Below are positions 56,440-64,000 of a stretch of 64,000 nt of DNA, piece by piece. The notes below the pieces were generated by a model, which ran no database searches, was not told the DNA's origin, and saw nothing but the letters and a program-made list of their open reading frames with translations. A program made the position numbers and the translations under genes. The number at the start of each line of letters is the position of its first letter. The stretch's first letter is position 1. The DNA is from Candidatus Nomurabacteria bacterium (GTDB lineage Bacteria; Patescibacteriota; Minisyncoccia; Phycocordibacterales; UBA5272). The stretch covers positions 1,789 to 65,788 of the forward strand of contig JBEIQD010000003.1 of NCBI GenBank assembly GCA_040376695.1, written 5' to 3'.

Positions 56440-56997
56440 ATGGCTAAATCAGCATTTGTGGGTGTGCAGGAAATTGAAAAGGGACTCTTCGAGAAACTTT
56501 CAAAGGAATTTGGATACAAGAATATCATGGCGTCACCACACCTTGTAAAGGTGAATGTTTCTGTGGCGACAGGTTCTGCTATGAAGCGTGATAAGAAGCG
56601 AAATGATCTCGTGGTTGATCGTCTTACAAAGATTACAGGACAGCGTCCAACAGTACGTAAGGCAAAGATGTCAGTTGCGTCATTCAAAACTCGTGAAGGG
56701 GATCCAATTGGAGTTGCGGTAACGCTTCGTGGAGCTCGTATGTTCGGATTCTTGGATAAGGTCCTTAACGTGTCACTTCCTCGTACAAAGGACTTCCGTG
56801 GTCTTAATCGTACATCAGTGGATGATATCGGTAACATGACGTTTGGTATCAAGGAACATACTATTTTCCCTGAAATTAAGGACGAAGAACTTAAGGATGT
56901 TTTCGGAATGGCTATCACGCTTGTAACAACAGCGAAGACAAAGGAAGAGGCGACTCGTTTCTTTGAACTTATTGGTATTCCGTTCAAGAAGATCTAG
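56440..56997 (+). CDS. rplE: 50S ribosomal protein L5
   Basis: 185 aa; canonical L5 (KNIMASPHLVKVNVSV...RGARMFGFLDKVLNVSLPR). Confidence 0.9.
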   Translation: MAKSAFVGVQEIEKGLFEKLSKEFGYKNIMASPHLVKVNVSVATGSAMKRDKKRNDLVVDRLTKITGQRPTVRKAKMSVASFKTREGDPIGVAVTLRGARMFGFLDKVLNVSLPRTKDFRGLNRTSVDDIGNMTFGIKEHTIFPEIKDEELKDVFGMAITLVTTAKTKEEATRFFELIGIPFKKI

Positions 56998-57022
56998 TTT
57001 TTTAAACTAAATTTAACTAATA

Positions 57023-57055
57023 AAAAGCAGCGTCTACGATGCTGCTTTTTATATT
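57023..57055 (+). terminator. intrinsic terminator after rplE; the ribosomal cluster ends here
   Basis: aaaagcagcgtc-tac-gatgctgctttt followed by tatattttg. Confidence 0.65.
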
Positions 57056-57169
57056 TTGTATCCCCATTTTATCCTTTCTTCATAGGCACTATTCTCGTAT
57101 ACTGAACGTATGCTTTCGGGTCATTTTTCCATGTTTTATAAACTCTTTTCTTTACACAAGAGGGCGGTA

Positions 57170-60100
57170 ATGATCTCTCTCTGTGCGGTAGTACTTTTCT
57201 CCCCAACCCTCACGTTCGCAGCCAACCCAGCCTCTCCATTTTCTCCATCAGATAACGTAGTGGACCCAAACTGTTTACCAACAGATTCTAACTGTTATGT
57301 GTCGATGACAAGTATGACCTTTGTTAACGCAACTTCTACACGACTGTTTGCAACGAATGCATCTTCAACAAACTTTTTCTCTACACTCATAAATGCAGTA
57401 ACTGCACTCTTCACTAACCTCACTACAACAGGAACAACAACTCTTGCTACAACTGGCGGAAGGGTGGGAGTTGGAACAACTACACCGAACCATACACTTG
57501 ATGTCCAGGGAAATATTGGTCTTGCTTCTTCAGGCTACATTAACTTTGGTTCAGTAGACAGTACATCAGGATACGGATTCCGCGACAATGCTGGTGCAAT
57601 TGAATACAAGAACTCAAACGGAGGCTGGACATCATTCGCCTCAGCTGGTGCAGGAGGAGGACAGCTCCTTGCTGTGTACTCAACCTCAACTGTAGGAACA
57701 AACATTACCGTTAACTTCAATGGTTCTGCTAACTCTTCACCGTCATACTCAGGAGGTGTTCTTACGCTCCCCTCAAACGCATCTCACATCGTTGTTGAAA
57801 CATGGGGAGCGGGTGGTGGAGGAGGAGGGTCAAACGGCGGCGCAACAGGAGGGACTGGAGGGGCTAGTTGTTTCGGAACGAACGCAACAGCTTGTACGAG
57901 TCCTATTATAAGCGCAACAGGAGGGACTGGAGGAACCTCTCAAGGGGGAGGAAGTGTTGCTGGAACAGGAACAGGGGGTGATATTAATCTAACTGGTGGG
58001 ACGAGTGCAGGGCTCACAACTGTTGGAGGTGGTTCAATTAATTACTCTGCAGGAGGAGCAGGAGGATCTGCTCCTCTTGGAGGGGGTGGGGGAGGAAGTA
58101 CTTACACCTCATCTGGAGCAACAGGGGCAAGATACGGTGGAGGTGGAGGGGGAGGGGGAATCTATGGAAGTACCAGCTCTTGTACTGCAGGAGGGGGTGG
58201 TGCAGGAGGAGGATACGCAAGAAAGTTGGTCACTAATCCATCAGGAACATATTATTACACCATTGGTGCTGGTGGAGCTGGAACTGTTGCGGGAAGCGCG
58301 TGTGGAGTGGGAAGTCAATATGGCGGAGGCGATGGTGGCTCAGGAGGAATCACTATCTCCATCTATACCTCAGGAGTATCTAATGGTTCTATTGGAAGTG
58401 GTCTCACAGGGTACATTCCGTACTACGGTTCTACAGGAACTAACCTTTCTGCTACTTCTTCAATCTTTCTTTCAACAACAGGGAATGTCGGTATTGGAAC
58501 AAGTACACCACTTTCAAAACTCTCAGTACAAGGAGACTTTTTCTTAGAAGGGTCTAATAGATATTTAAATTTCGGAAACGCAACAGGAACTCCGGGATAC
58601 GGATTCCGTGACAACGCAGGGGTACTAGAATTCAAAAATGCTTCTGGCTCTTGGACAAGCTTTTCAACTTCCACAGCTTTAGGTTCTGCTGGCCCTTCTT
58701 TTTCTGTTAATAAAGGGGGAACCAGTCAAACAGTTCCAGGAGGGAACACTACTTTACTCACATGGTCAACAGAAGTGTTTGATACCAACAATAATTTTGC
58801 TTCAAACAGGTTTACTCCAACAGTTGCAGGTAAGTATATTTTTAATCTGAATGTGCGTTGTAATGGAACAGGATGTTACGCGCATATTTACCAAAACGGG
58901 ATTCAGGTGTCGCAAACAGGTACAGGAACTGGAGGTTCTGATACGGAAATAGTAAGTACTTCCATTCTTCTTGATATGAATGGCACCACTGATTACGTAG
59001 AAGCTTATGGATATAATACCTCAACCACTATTAGTGGAAATGCATCTCAAACCTTCTTCACTGGCGCACTCATTGCTCCAGTAAATGCCACGGCAGGTGG
59101 TTGGCAAAATGATAGTACTTCATCGTTCCTGGCTGACTCCACTGATTTTGTTGGAATTGGAACTTCTAGTCCTACAGCTAAACTATCAATCCAAGGAACA
59201 GCAGGCTTCAATCCATTCATGGTTGCTTCTTCAACAGGAGCTTCACTCTTCTCGATTCTTCAGAACGGTAATATTGGAATTGGAACAAGTACACCATCGT
59301 CTAAATTAGATATTTGGGGCAATCTTACAGTAGGTACTTCATCTACTCCATTAATTTTTGCAAATACAGCAACAGGAAATGTGGGGATTGGAACAGCGAA
59401 CCCTGAATATAAACTAACTGTTGTTGCTCCAGCATCAAATTGGGGTATTGCTATAAATCCAGACAATCCAAGTAGCGGAAAACAGTACGGTTTGTTGGCT
59501 CGTGGGACATTGTATTCCGGGTACTTTAACGGCCCAGGTTTTATAGATCAAAGTGCTTGGACATACGGCTCGGACCGTCGCCTGAAGGAAAATATTTCAT
59601 ATTTTGAAAATGGACTAGATACTATTATGCGTCTTAAGCCTGCTGCGTATGACTACATATCAGGAACGAAAAGTAACCTCGGATTCATTGCTCAGGATGT
59701 ACAGGAAGTTATCCCAGAAGCTGTAACAATAACTGATCCAACAACAGGAATGCTTGGACTTAAAACTGATTTTATTATTCCATATCTTGTTAATGCAGTT
59801 CAGAATATGAATTCCGTCTTTAACGCAAGTAATGCGTTAAATGCTTCTTCAACTATCTTCTCGTATTATCAGGGAACAACTACTCCTGCAATCACTGTGG
59901 GGGCTACAGGTAATGTCGCTATCGCAACAAGTTCATCCCCGTATACTTTAACTGTTGGTAACTCTCTTATCAGTGGTGTTATCGCTCGCTTCCAAAATGC
60001 TACAGGGTACTGTGATATCAATCCAACAACAACATCACTTACCTGTTCTTCAGACGAGCGACTTAAGAAAAATATCCTCTCACTTGACGCAACATCTACG

Positions 60101-60622
60101 TTCGACAAGTTCATCCAACTTAATCCCGTAACATATAACTGGATTGGAGAAACGTCTACTTCTTCAACCTCAACTCATGCAGGTTTCATAGCTCAACAAG
60201 TAGAAACTCTGTTCCCAGATCTTGTTGCAACGGACGAACAGGGAATGAAGTCTGTTTCATACACTGGGTTTATTCCGTATATTGTTGAATCTATAAAGAG
60301 TCTTGCTAGAGATGTGAAGGCTCTTACCTTAAAAGTTGCATCATTTGCGAATCTAGTAGAAACAGATAAAGTTAAAAGTAAAAGTATTTGTCTTGAAAAC
60401 AATGGAGCGGAGACATGTATTAGTAAAGAAAAACTAGATGCTATTCTCCTCCTTTTAGGAGAAACAGCTGCAAATCAAGATCAAAACATCACACCTCCAG
60501 ACACATCAACCACTACGCCAGATATTGCAACTTCAACCGATCCAGTAGCGTCTTCAACTCCAGAAATAACACCCACCGAAGAAATTGAAGGGGGCACTAA
60601 CTCAGAAACAGAAACAAACTAA
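57170..60622 (+). CDS. giant secreted phage-tail-fibre-like protein with repeat modules, a glycine-rich tract and two tandem peptidase-S74 (intramolecular chaperone, CIMCD) domains
   Basis: SD gaggg 5 nt before the ATG at 57170, then signal peptide MISLCAVVLFSPTLTFA. Repeated about 60-aa modules (GVGTTTPNHTLDVQGN...GYGFRDNAGAIEYKNSNGGWTSF, twice) and several GIGTSTP..KL.V.G fibre repeats. Gly-rich region at 57800-58350. Two S74-like domains: GSDRRLKENISYFENG...GFIAQDVQEVIPEAV (59570-59815) and SSDERLKKNILSLDA...GFIAQQVETLFPDLV (60050-60300). Thr/Pro/Glu-rich tail. Confidence 0.7.
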   Translation: MISLCAVVLFSPTLTFAANPASPFSPSDNVVDPNCLPTDSNCYVSMTSMTFVNATSTRLFATNASSTNFFSTLINAVTALFTNLTTTGTTTLATTGGRVGVGTTTPNHTLDVQGNIGLASSGYINFGSVDSTSGYGFRDNAGAIEYKNSNGGWTSFASAGAGGGQLLAVYSTSTVGTNITVNFNGSANSSPSYSGGVLTLPSNASHIVVETWGAGGGGGGSNGGATGGTGGASCFGTNATACTSPIISATGGTGGTSQGGGSVAGTGTGGDINLTGGTSAGLTTVGGGSINYSAGGAGGSAPLGGGGGGSTYTSSGATGARYGGGGGGGGIYGSTSSCTAGGGGAGGGYARKLVTNPSGTYYYTIGAGGAGTVAGSACGVGSQYGGGDGGSGGITISIYTSGVSNGSIGSGLTGYIPYYGSTGTNLSATSSIFLSTTGNVGIGTSTPLSKLSVQGDFFLEGSNRYLNFGNATGTPGYGFRDNAGVLEFKNASGSWTSFSTSTALGSAGPSFSVNKGGTSQTVPGGNTTLLTWSTEVFDTNNNFASNRFTPTVAGKYIFNLNVRCNGTGCYAHIYQNGIQVSQTGTGTGGSDTEIVSTSILLDMNGTTDYVEAYGYNTSTTISGNASQTFFTGALIAPVNATAGGWQNDSTSSFLADSTDFVGIGTSSPTAKLSIQGTAGFNPFMVASSTGASLFSILQNGNIGIGTSTPSSKLDIWGNLTVGTSSTPLIFANTATGNVGIGTANPEYKLTVVAPASNWGIAINPDNPSSGKQYGLLARGTLYSGYFNGPGFIDQSAWTYGSDRRLKENISYFENGLDTIMRLKPAAYDYISGTKSNLGFIAQDVQEVIPEAVTITDPTTGMLGLKTDFIIPYLVNAVQNMNSVFNASNALNASSTIFSYYQGTTTPAITVGATGNVAIATSSSPYTLTVGNSLISGVIARFQNATGYCDINPTTTSLTCSSDERLKKNILSLDATSTFDKFIQLNPVTYNWIGETSTSSTSTHAGFIAQQVETLFPDLVATDEQGMKSVSYTGFIPYIVESIKSLARDVKALTLKVASFANLVETDKVKSKSICLENNGAETCISKEKLDAILLLLGETAANQDQNITPPDTSTTTPDIATSTDPVASSTPEITPTEEIEGGTNSETETN

Positions 60623-60625
60623 TTC

Positions 60626-61684
60626 GTGAAATCTTTATCTTTTCGAAAAATAATAGGAACTATCGGACTTGTTGCATGTTCCACAATTTCTTTTGCCGTG
60701 GCATCTGAAACTTCAGGAGCAATACTTTCAGGTTCGCAGTACACAAAGGTGTGTCATGACAGTGCATGTTCAACGTATGGAACGTTAAATTTTTTACCAA
60801 CAGTTACTGCAACAACTACTGCTATCAGAATCACTGATACTGCTATTACAGGATATGTGTGGGGAAATGAAACTGGATGGATTAATTTTGCGCCAACTGG
60901 GGCAGGGGTCACGGTGGATGCAGCAACGGGACTTGTGTACGGAACAGCTTGGTCTCAAGCAGGAGGATGGATTAATTTTCGCCCATCTAATTCTGGAACT
61001 ATCGTAAGCGGCATACCTATCGGTGTTTCCATTACACCTGCGGGAGAGTTCTATGGGTATGCATGGCTAGGCGGAGTATACGGTGGATGGATTAAATTTG
61101 ATTGTTCTTCGGCGGATACATGTGTGAAAACGGATTATAGAACTACTTCGTACAGATCTGCTACCTACGTGTACCTTGCCCCTTCCTATTTTACTCCTAC
61201 TGAAAATACTCCAGTAAAGGAAGAGGTTCCTACGCCTGTAACGATAGGCACATCTTCTCCTAGTACTGAAGTTGTTCCTGTTGAGGAAACCTCAACCTCT
61301 GTTCCTCTACCTGTAGTTATACCTTCAACTCCAGAAATTATTGATACTCCAACAGAACCAAGTTCAGTTGAACCTGTTTTCATGGGCGGTGGCAGCATAT
61401 TTTCCTCATGGGGTGGTGTAAGGGAAATTATGAGACCATCGTTCCTTGGATTTTTTGAAACACCAACACCGCTTTCTTTAGGTCTTAGTGTGAGCGCAGA
61501 ATCTTTGGGGTCTACAATTAGATCTGCGTTCCAGAATTTTAAATTAGAATTTAAGGTAATCTCGCTAGACAATATTTTCAATAAGGATAAAGACAGTAGT
61601 GAAATATATAATTTCAAAACTCACAATATTTGGCCAACAGTTAAATCGGCACTTGTGAGCGTCATTAATCTTTTTAAGAACTAG
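60626..61684 (+). CDS. secreted protein with three GWINF/GWIKF repeats and a Thr/Pro/Glu-rich linker
   Basis: Signal peptide MKSLSFRKIIGTIGLVACSTISFAVA. Repeats ...NETGWINFAPTGAG..., ...QAGGWINFRPSNSG..., ...VYGGWIKFDCSS... Starts 4 nt after the fibre gene stop. Confidence 0.5.
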   Translation: MKSLSFRKIIGTIGLVACSTISFAVASETSGAILSGSQYTKVCHDSACSTYGTLNFLPTVTATTTAIRITDTAITGYVWGNETGWINFAPTGAGVTVDAATGLVYGTAWSQAGGWINFRPSNSGTIVSGIPIGVSITPAGEFYGYAWLGGVYGGWIKFDCSSADTCVKTDYRTTSYRSATYVYLAPSYFTPTENTPVKEEVPTPVTIGTSSPSTEVVPVEETSTSVPLPVVIPSTPEIIDTPTEPSSVEPVFMGGGSIFSSWGGVREIMRPSFLGFFETPTPLSLGLSVSAESLGSTIRSAFQNFKLEFKVISLDNIFNKDKDSSEIYNFKTHNIWPTVKSALVSVINLFKN

Positions 61685-61759
61685 TTATATTGTAAGAGAG
61701 GAGTTTGAGGTGTAGTATGTTTGCAGTACGTTCAATAGTAAGAAAAGAAAGGAAACCGC

Positions 61760-62014
61760 ATGTTTTCGAAAAACCAGCTTGCAAAAGCTCTCGAGTCTGC
61801 ACTTAAAGACGGTTTCGTTAAGCCGGCAGTAGATGTGCAGGAAGCCTTTCAGAGAATTCAAGAAAAATTAGATGCCACACTCTCCCAAAGTAAGGTGTCT
61901 GAACTTCAGCGGACACGACAAACCCCATCTGTAGGACTTTCATTTTCGGCCTCCGTCAGGTACCCTTCCTTCGAAAGTTCATATAAATCTGTTTCAGGTT
62001 GGCCGCGCCGGTGA
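61760..62014 (+). CDS. small hypothetical ORF with its own terminator
   Basis: 84-aa ORF with an AAAGGAAA RBS. The C-terminal half has odd composition; treat the call as low confidence. Confidence 0.25.
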   Translation: MFSKNQLAKALESALKDGFVKPAVDVQEAFQRIQEKLDATLSQSKVSELQRTRQTPSVGLSFSASVRYPSFESSYKSVSGWPRR

Positions 62015-62035
62015 AGCTTTCAATAAAACCGAGCA

Positions 62036-62066
62036 AAAAGACCCTTTAAAAAGGTCTTTTCTTTTT
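62036..62066 (+). terminator. intrinsic terminator
   Basis: aaaagacc-ctttaaaaa-ggtctttt followed by ctttttg. Confidence 0.55.
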
Positions 62067-62115
62067 GTAGGCGTAGCCCTTGACATAAATGGTAAAGTAA
62101 TGTAGGATTGGGCAC

Positions 62116-63468
62116 ATGAAAACAGGAATTATAACAATTGCAAAAAAGAGCCTTTTGGCACTAGGTTTTTTCGGAATCCTAGCAAACACAGCGCATGCAG
62201 CGTATTTTGATACTACGCCCGCGTACCGTTGTGATATTCAAATTACTCGTACATTACAGGTTGGTTCTGAAGGAGTTGAAGTTACAGTACTTCAAAATTT
62301 CCTTAATCGAACAGGGGATTTAACAGCAACACCTAATGGATATTTTGGCTCAGCTACTCGTGCTGCAGTTCGAAGTTTCCAGTCAGATAATGGTTTGTAT
62401 ACAACCGGAACAGTAGGAGAAGCTACACGTAACGCTATTAATGAGCGTATGTGCGATACAAATCTCCAGACATCATCATATTCAGATTCATACTATGGAT
62501 ACTCGTCTGGTGTGACATATGTTGATCCATACGATGCGTTCGTACAGGTGATTACTCCACATGTAACAACTCCAATTGTATACACAAATCCACAGCAAAC
62601 TATTCAGACTTCTAACTATTCTGCATACAACTCAAATGTTTCTTATCCTGTAAATAATTCTACTCCTATCATTCCAGCAGCAAGTACAGCCATCGCAAGT
62701 ACTAATGTTATCTACTCACCATACATTGGATATACATACGGTATTACTCCAGTTACTGGATCTCTTACGATTTCAACACCAGTTGCAAACAGTGTATATA
62801 ACGAAGGAGATACTGTGCAGCTTGCTTGGGTTACAAGTAACATCAATGCTTCTGCATACTCAATCGTTCTTGAAAATTCTTCAACAGGACAATCAAAGGT
62901 TGTTACCACAACAAGTGGAACTAACGCCTCATTTGTTCTTACAAAGGAAGTGCTTGATGCGGTATGTGCAGGCGCGTGTGATAACAATAACCAGGGAACA
63001 TTCCGTATTGTGATTACAACTCCAATTCGTGATATCTCAGGAACAGTTTCAACATTCCGTGCTGCTGTTGCTCCGGTTACTATCAAGCGTCCATATGCAA
63101 ACTTTGGAACAGTAAGTATTACAACAAGTAAGAATCCTGTTACTTCAGGAGATATCTTCAAGCTCTACGTTAATATTCCAACAGGAGCATCATGGGATAC
63201 AGGTCTTTACGGACAGTACTCATTTAAGATTCGTGCAATTTGTCCAGCTGGTGTTACAGCAAGTATCGCTGGAACTCAGTGTGGAAACGACTTTGTAATT
63301 CCATTTGCGCCAACGTATTTCCAGTCAGAAATACCAGCATCTGTTACAAATACATCATGGTACCAGCAGAATGTAACATTTGTTCTTACAGTAACTAACC
63401 TTGCTGGACAGACAATTGGAACTTCTCAGGTAAACGTAACTGCAAGTCAGGCACCATTCCACTGGTAA
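62116..63468 (+). CDS. secreted protein with an N-terminal peptidoglycan-binding domain (PG_binding_1-like) and a Ser/Thr/Tyr-rich beta-rich C-terminal region
   Basis: Signal peptide MKTGIITIAKKSLLALGFFGILANTAHA. GSEGVEVTVLQNFLNRTGDL...GYFGSATRAAVRSFQSDNGLYTTGTVGEATRNAI matches the PG-binding helical-bundle signature. Confidence 0.6.
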   Translation: MKTGIITIAKKSLLALGFFGILANTAHAAYFDTTPAYRCDIQITRTLQVGSEGVEVTVLQNFLNRTGDLTATPNGYFGSATRAAVRSFQSDNGLYTTGTVGEATRNAINERMCDTNLQTSSYSDSYYGYSSGVTYVDPYDAFVQVITPHVTTPIVYTNPQQTIQTSNYSAYNSNVSYPVNNSTPIIPAASTAIASTNVIYSPYIGYTYGITPVTGSLTISTPVANSVYNEGDTVQLAWVTSNINASAYSIVLENSSTGQSKVVTTTSGTNASFVLTKEVLDAVCAGACDNNNQGTFRIVITTPIRDISGTVSTFRAAVAPVTIKRPYANFGTVSITTSKNPVTSGDIFKLYVNIPTGASWDTGLYGQYSFKIRAICPAGVTASIAGTQCGNDFVIPFAPTYFQSEIPASVTNTSWYQQNVTFVLTVTNLAGQTIGTSQVNVTASQAPFHW

Positions 63469-63482
63469 TTGATACAGCAAAA

Positions 63483-63512
63483 TAAAAGCCGCACATATGT
63501 GCGGCTTTTATT
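63483..63512. terminator. bidirectional terminator
   Basis: aaaagccgcacatatgtgcggctttt flanked by A/T runs. Confidence 0.65.
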
Positions 63513-63522
63513 TTGTTTATGA

Positions 63523-63984
63523 TTAGGCAATTGCGTTCTGAACTAGAAACATAACAACAGTAACCACGGCTACAAGGAATGTTCCCCACAATGTATCAAC
63601 AATAGTTAACGACCACGGATAGTCTCGCAATGTCGCAAGATTAGTGAAATCATAAAATGCGTACATGAAAAATCCCAGGAGACCTCCGTAGAGAGCTGCT
63701 TCTTGAACACTAGTAACGCGCGATAAAACAAATGTCCAAATACCGAGCACTGCCACAATGTATACAAGGGGTATGGCCGGAAGGTAAGGGGCGAGTGCTC
63801 CATCTTTAAGGGTTATGTGGCTTGCAAGACTATTCAAATAAAAATTCTTTGCAAGATGAGCAAGCCAAATATAATCTAAAATTATAAATGTAATAAAACC
63901 AGATACGGATGCAAGTATGATTGATAGCATATAAAAAGTGTAGCATGACCTTGTTTTAAGCTCTATTTTGTGGTAGTATTGCAA
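63523..63984 (-). CDS. small polytopic membrane protein (hypothetical)
   Basis: 153-aa ORF with four predicted hydrophobic helices; family uncertain. Confidence 0.45.
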   Translation of the reverse strand: MQYYHKIELKTRSCYTFYMLSIILASVSGFITFIILDYIWLAHLAKNFYLNSLASHITLKDGALAPYLPAIPLVYIVAVLGIWTFVLSRVTSVQEAALYGGLLGFFMYAFYDFTNLATLRDYPWSLTIVDTLWGTFLVAVVTVVMFLVQNAIA

Positions 63985-64000
63985 AACCGTTCGTAATCCG

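Noticed and set aside
56334-56987. 217-aa minus-strand ORF overlapping rplE
   Set aside because: It is antisense to rplE and has no motif. Other antisense ORFs are rejected on the same grounds: 53171..53440, 54295..54682, 55014..55283, 48467..48796, 61186..61617 and 26530..26982.
61900-62015. GC-richer stretch with GUCAGGU and GAAGGAAG-like segments reminiscent of SRP RNA domain IV
   Set aside because: The two half-motifs fall on opposite strands and are not in the order or spacing of 4.5S RNA, so this is most likely coincidence. An Rfam scan could confirm.
1-64000. Alternative genetic code (for example UGA recoding, as in some CPR lineages)
   Set aside because: Conserved genes terminate with TAA, TAG and TGA at the expected lengths, and no in-frame TGA interrupts any conserved protein. 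The standard code (table 11) fits.

Overview
The window reads as a 64-kb chromosomal segment of a low-GC (~38-45%), reduced-genome bacterium using the standard genetic code (TAA, TAG and TGA all end conserved genes). Its gene content resembles a Patescibacteria/CPR-like or other ultra-small lineage: trigger factor without a PPIase domain, a split ComEC, ribosomal proteins with terminal extensions, and no rpmC inside the S10 operon.

Part 1 - layout:
- 1-8.3 kb, minus strand: a tightly packed Gram-positive-style type IV secretion/conjugation-like locus. It comprises a VirB4 ATPase encoded as two ORFs in different frames, a PrgI/VirB3-like protein, a VirB6-like 826-aa polytopic membrane protein, and secreted or membrane-anchored hypotheticals.
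- 8.4-25.7 kb: housekeeping genes (fatty-acid hydroxylase family, ksgA, pcrA/uvrD, LysM-M23 peptidase, comM, NYN protein, rpsO, xerC/D, xth, an ECF sigma/anti-sigma pair, pgk, tpiA). Inside this block a GC-rich, betaproteobacterial-type hfq with a GC-rich terminator sits directly downstream of xerC; it looks foreign.
- 25.9-46 kb: nusA, ppa, tig, DoxX, rsmE, clpP, rny, hup, a four-tRNA cluster (Gly-TCC, Pro-TGG, Gly-GCC, Arg-TCG, none with encoded CCA) next to the CCA-adding enzyme gene, then recJ, rnhA, a split comEC with a dedA gene between its halves, rpmB, and an S2P protease.
- 45.6-57 kb: the str-S10-spc ribosomal cluster (rpsL, rpsG, fusA, tuf, rpsJ, rplCDWB, rpsS, rplV, rpsC, rplP, rpsQ, rplN, rplX, rplE). 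It has intrinsic terminators between several genes, lacks rpmC between rplP and rpsQ, and stops after rplE.
- 57.1-63.5 kb: an accessory cluster in place of the rest of the spc operon. It encodes a 1150-aa secreted phage-tail-fibre-like protein (repeat modules, a glycine-rich tract, and two tandem peptidase-S74 intramolecular-chaperone domains), a GWINF-repeat secreted protein, and a protein with a peptidoglycan-binding domain.

Part 2 - most notable:
- The tail-fibre-like surface-protein cluster inserted after rplE.
- The split VirB4 and the T4SS-like locus.
- The foreign, proteobacterial-type hfq.
- Trigger factor with its PPIase domain replaced by a His/Asp-rich linker.
- Two perfect long palindromes (40 bp and 48 bp).
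- A cluster of DnaA boxes plus a repeated GAGAAACG motif around the tRNA genes.
- A ~450-nt non-coding region carrying a strong plus-strand terminator hairpin with no annotated plus-strand gene.

All coordinates are from manual reading of the sequence and the ORF track. Family assignments rest on recognised motifs, not database searches.
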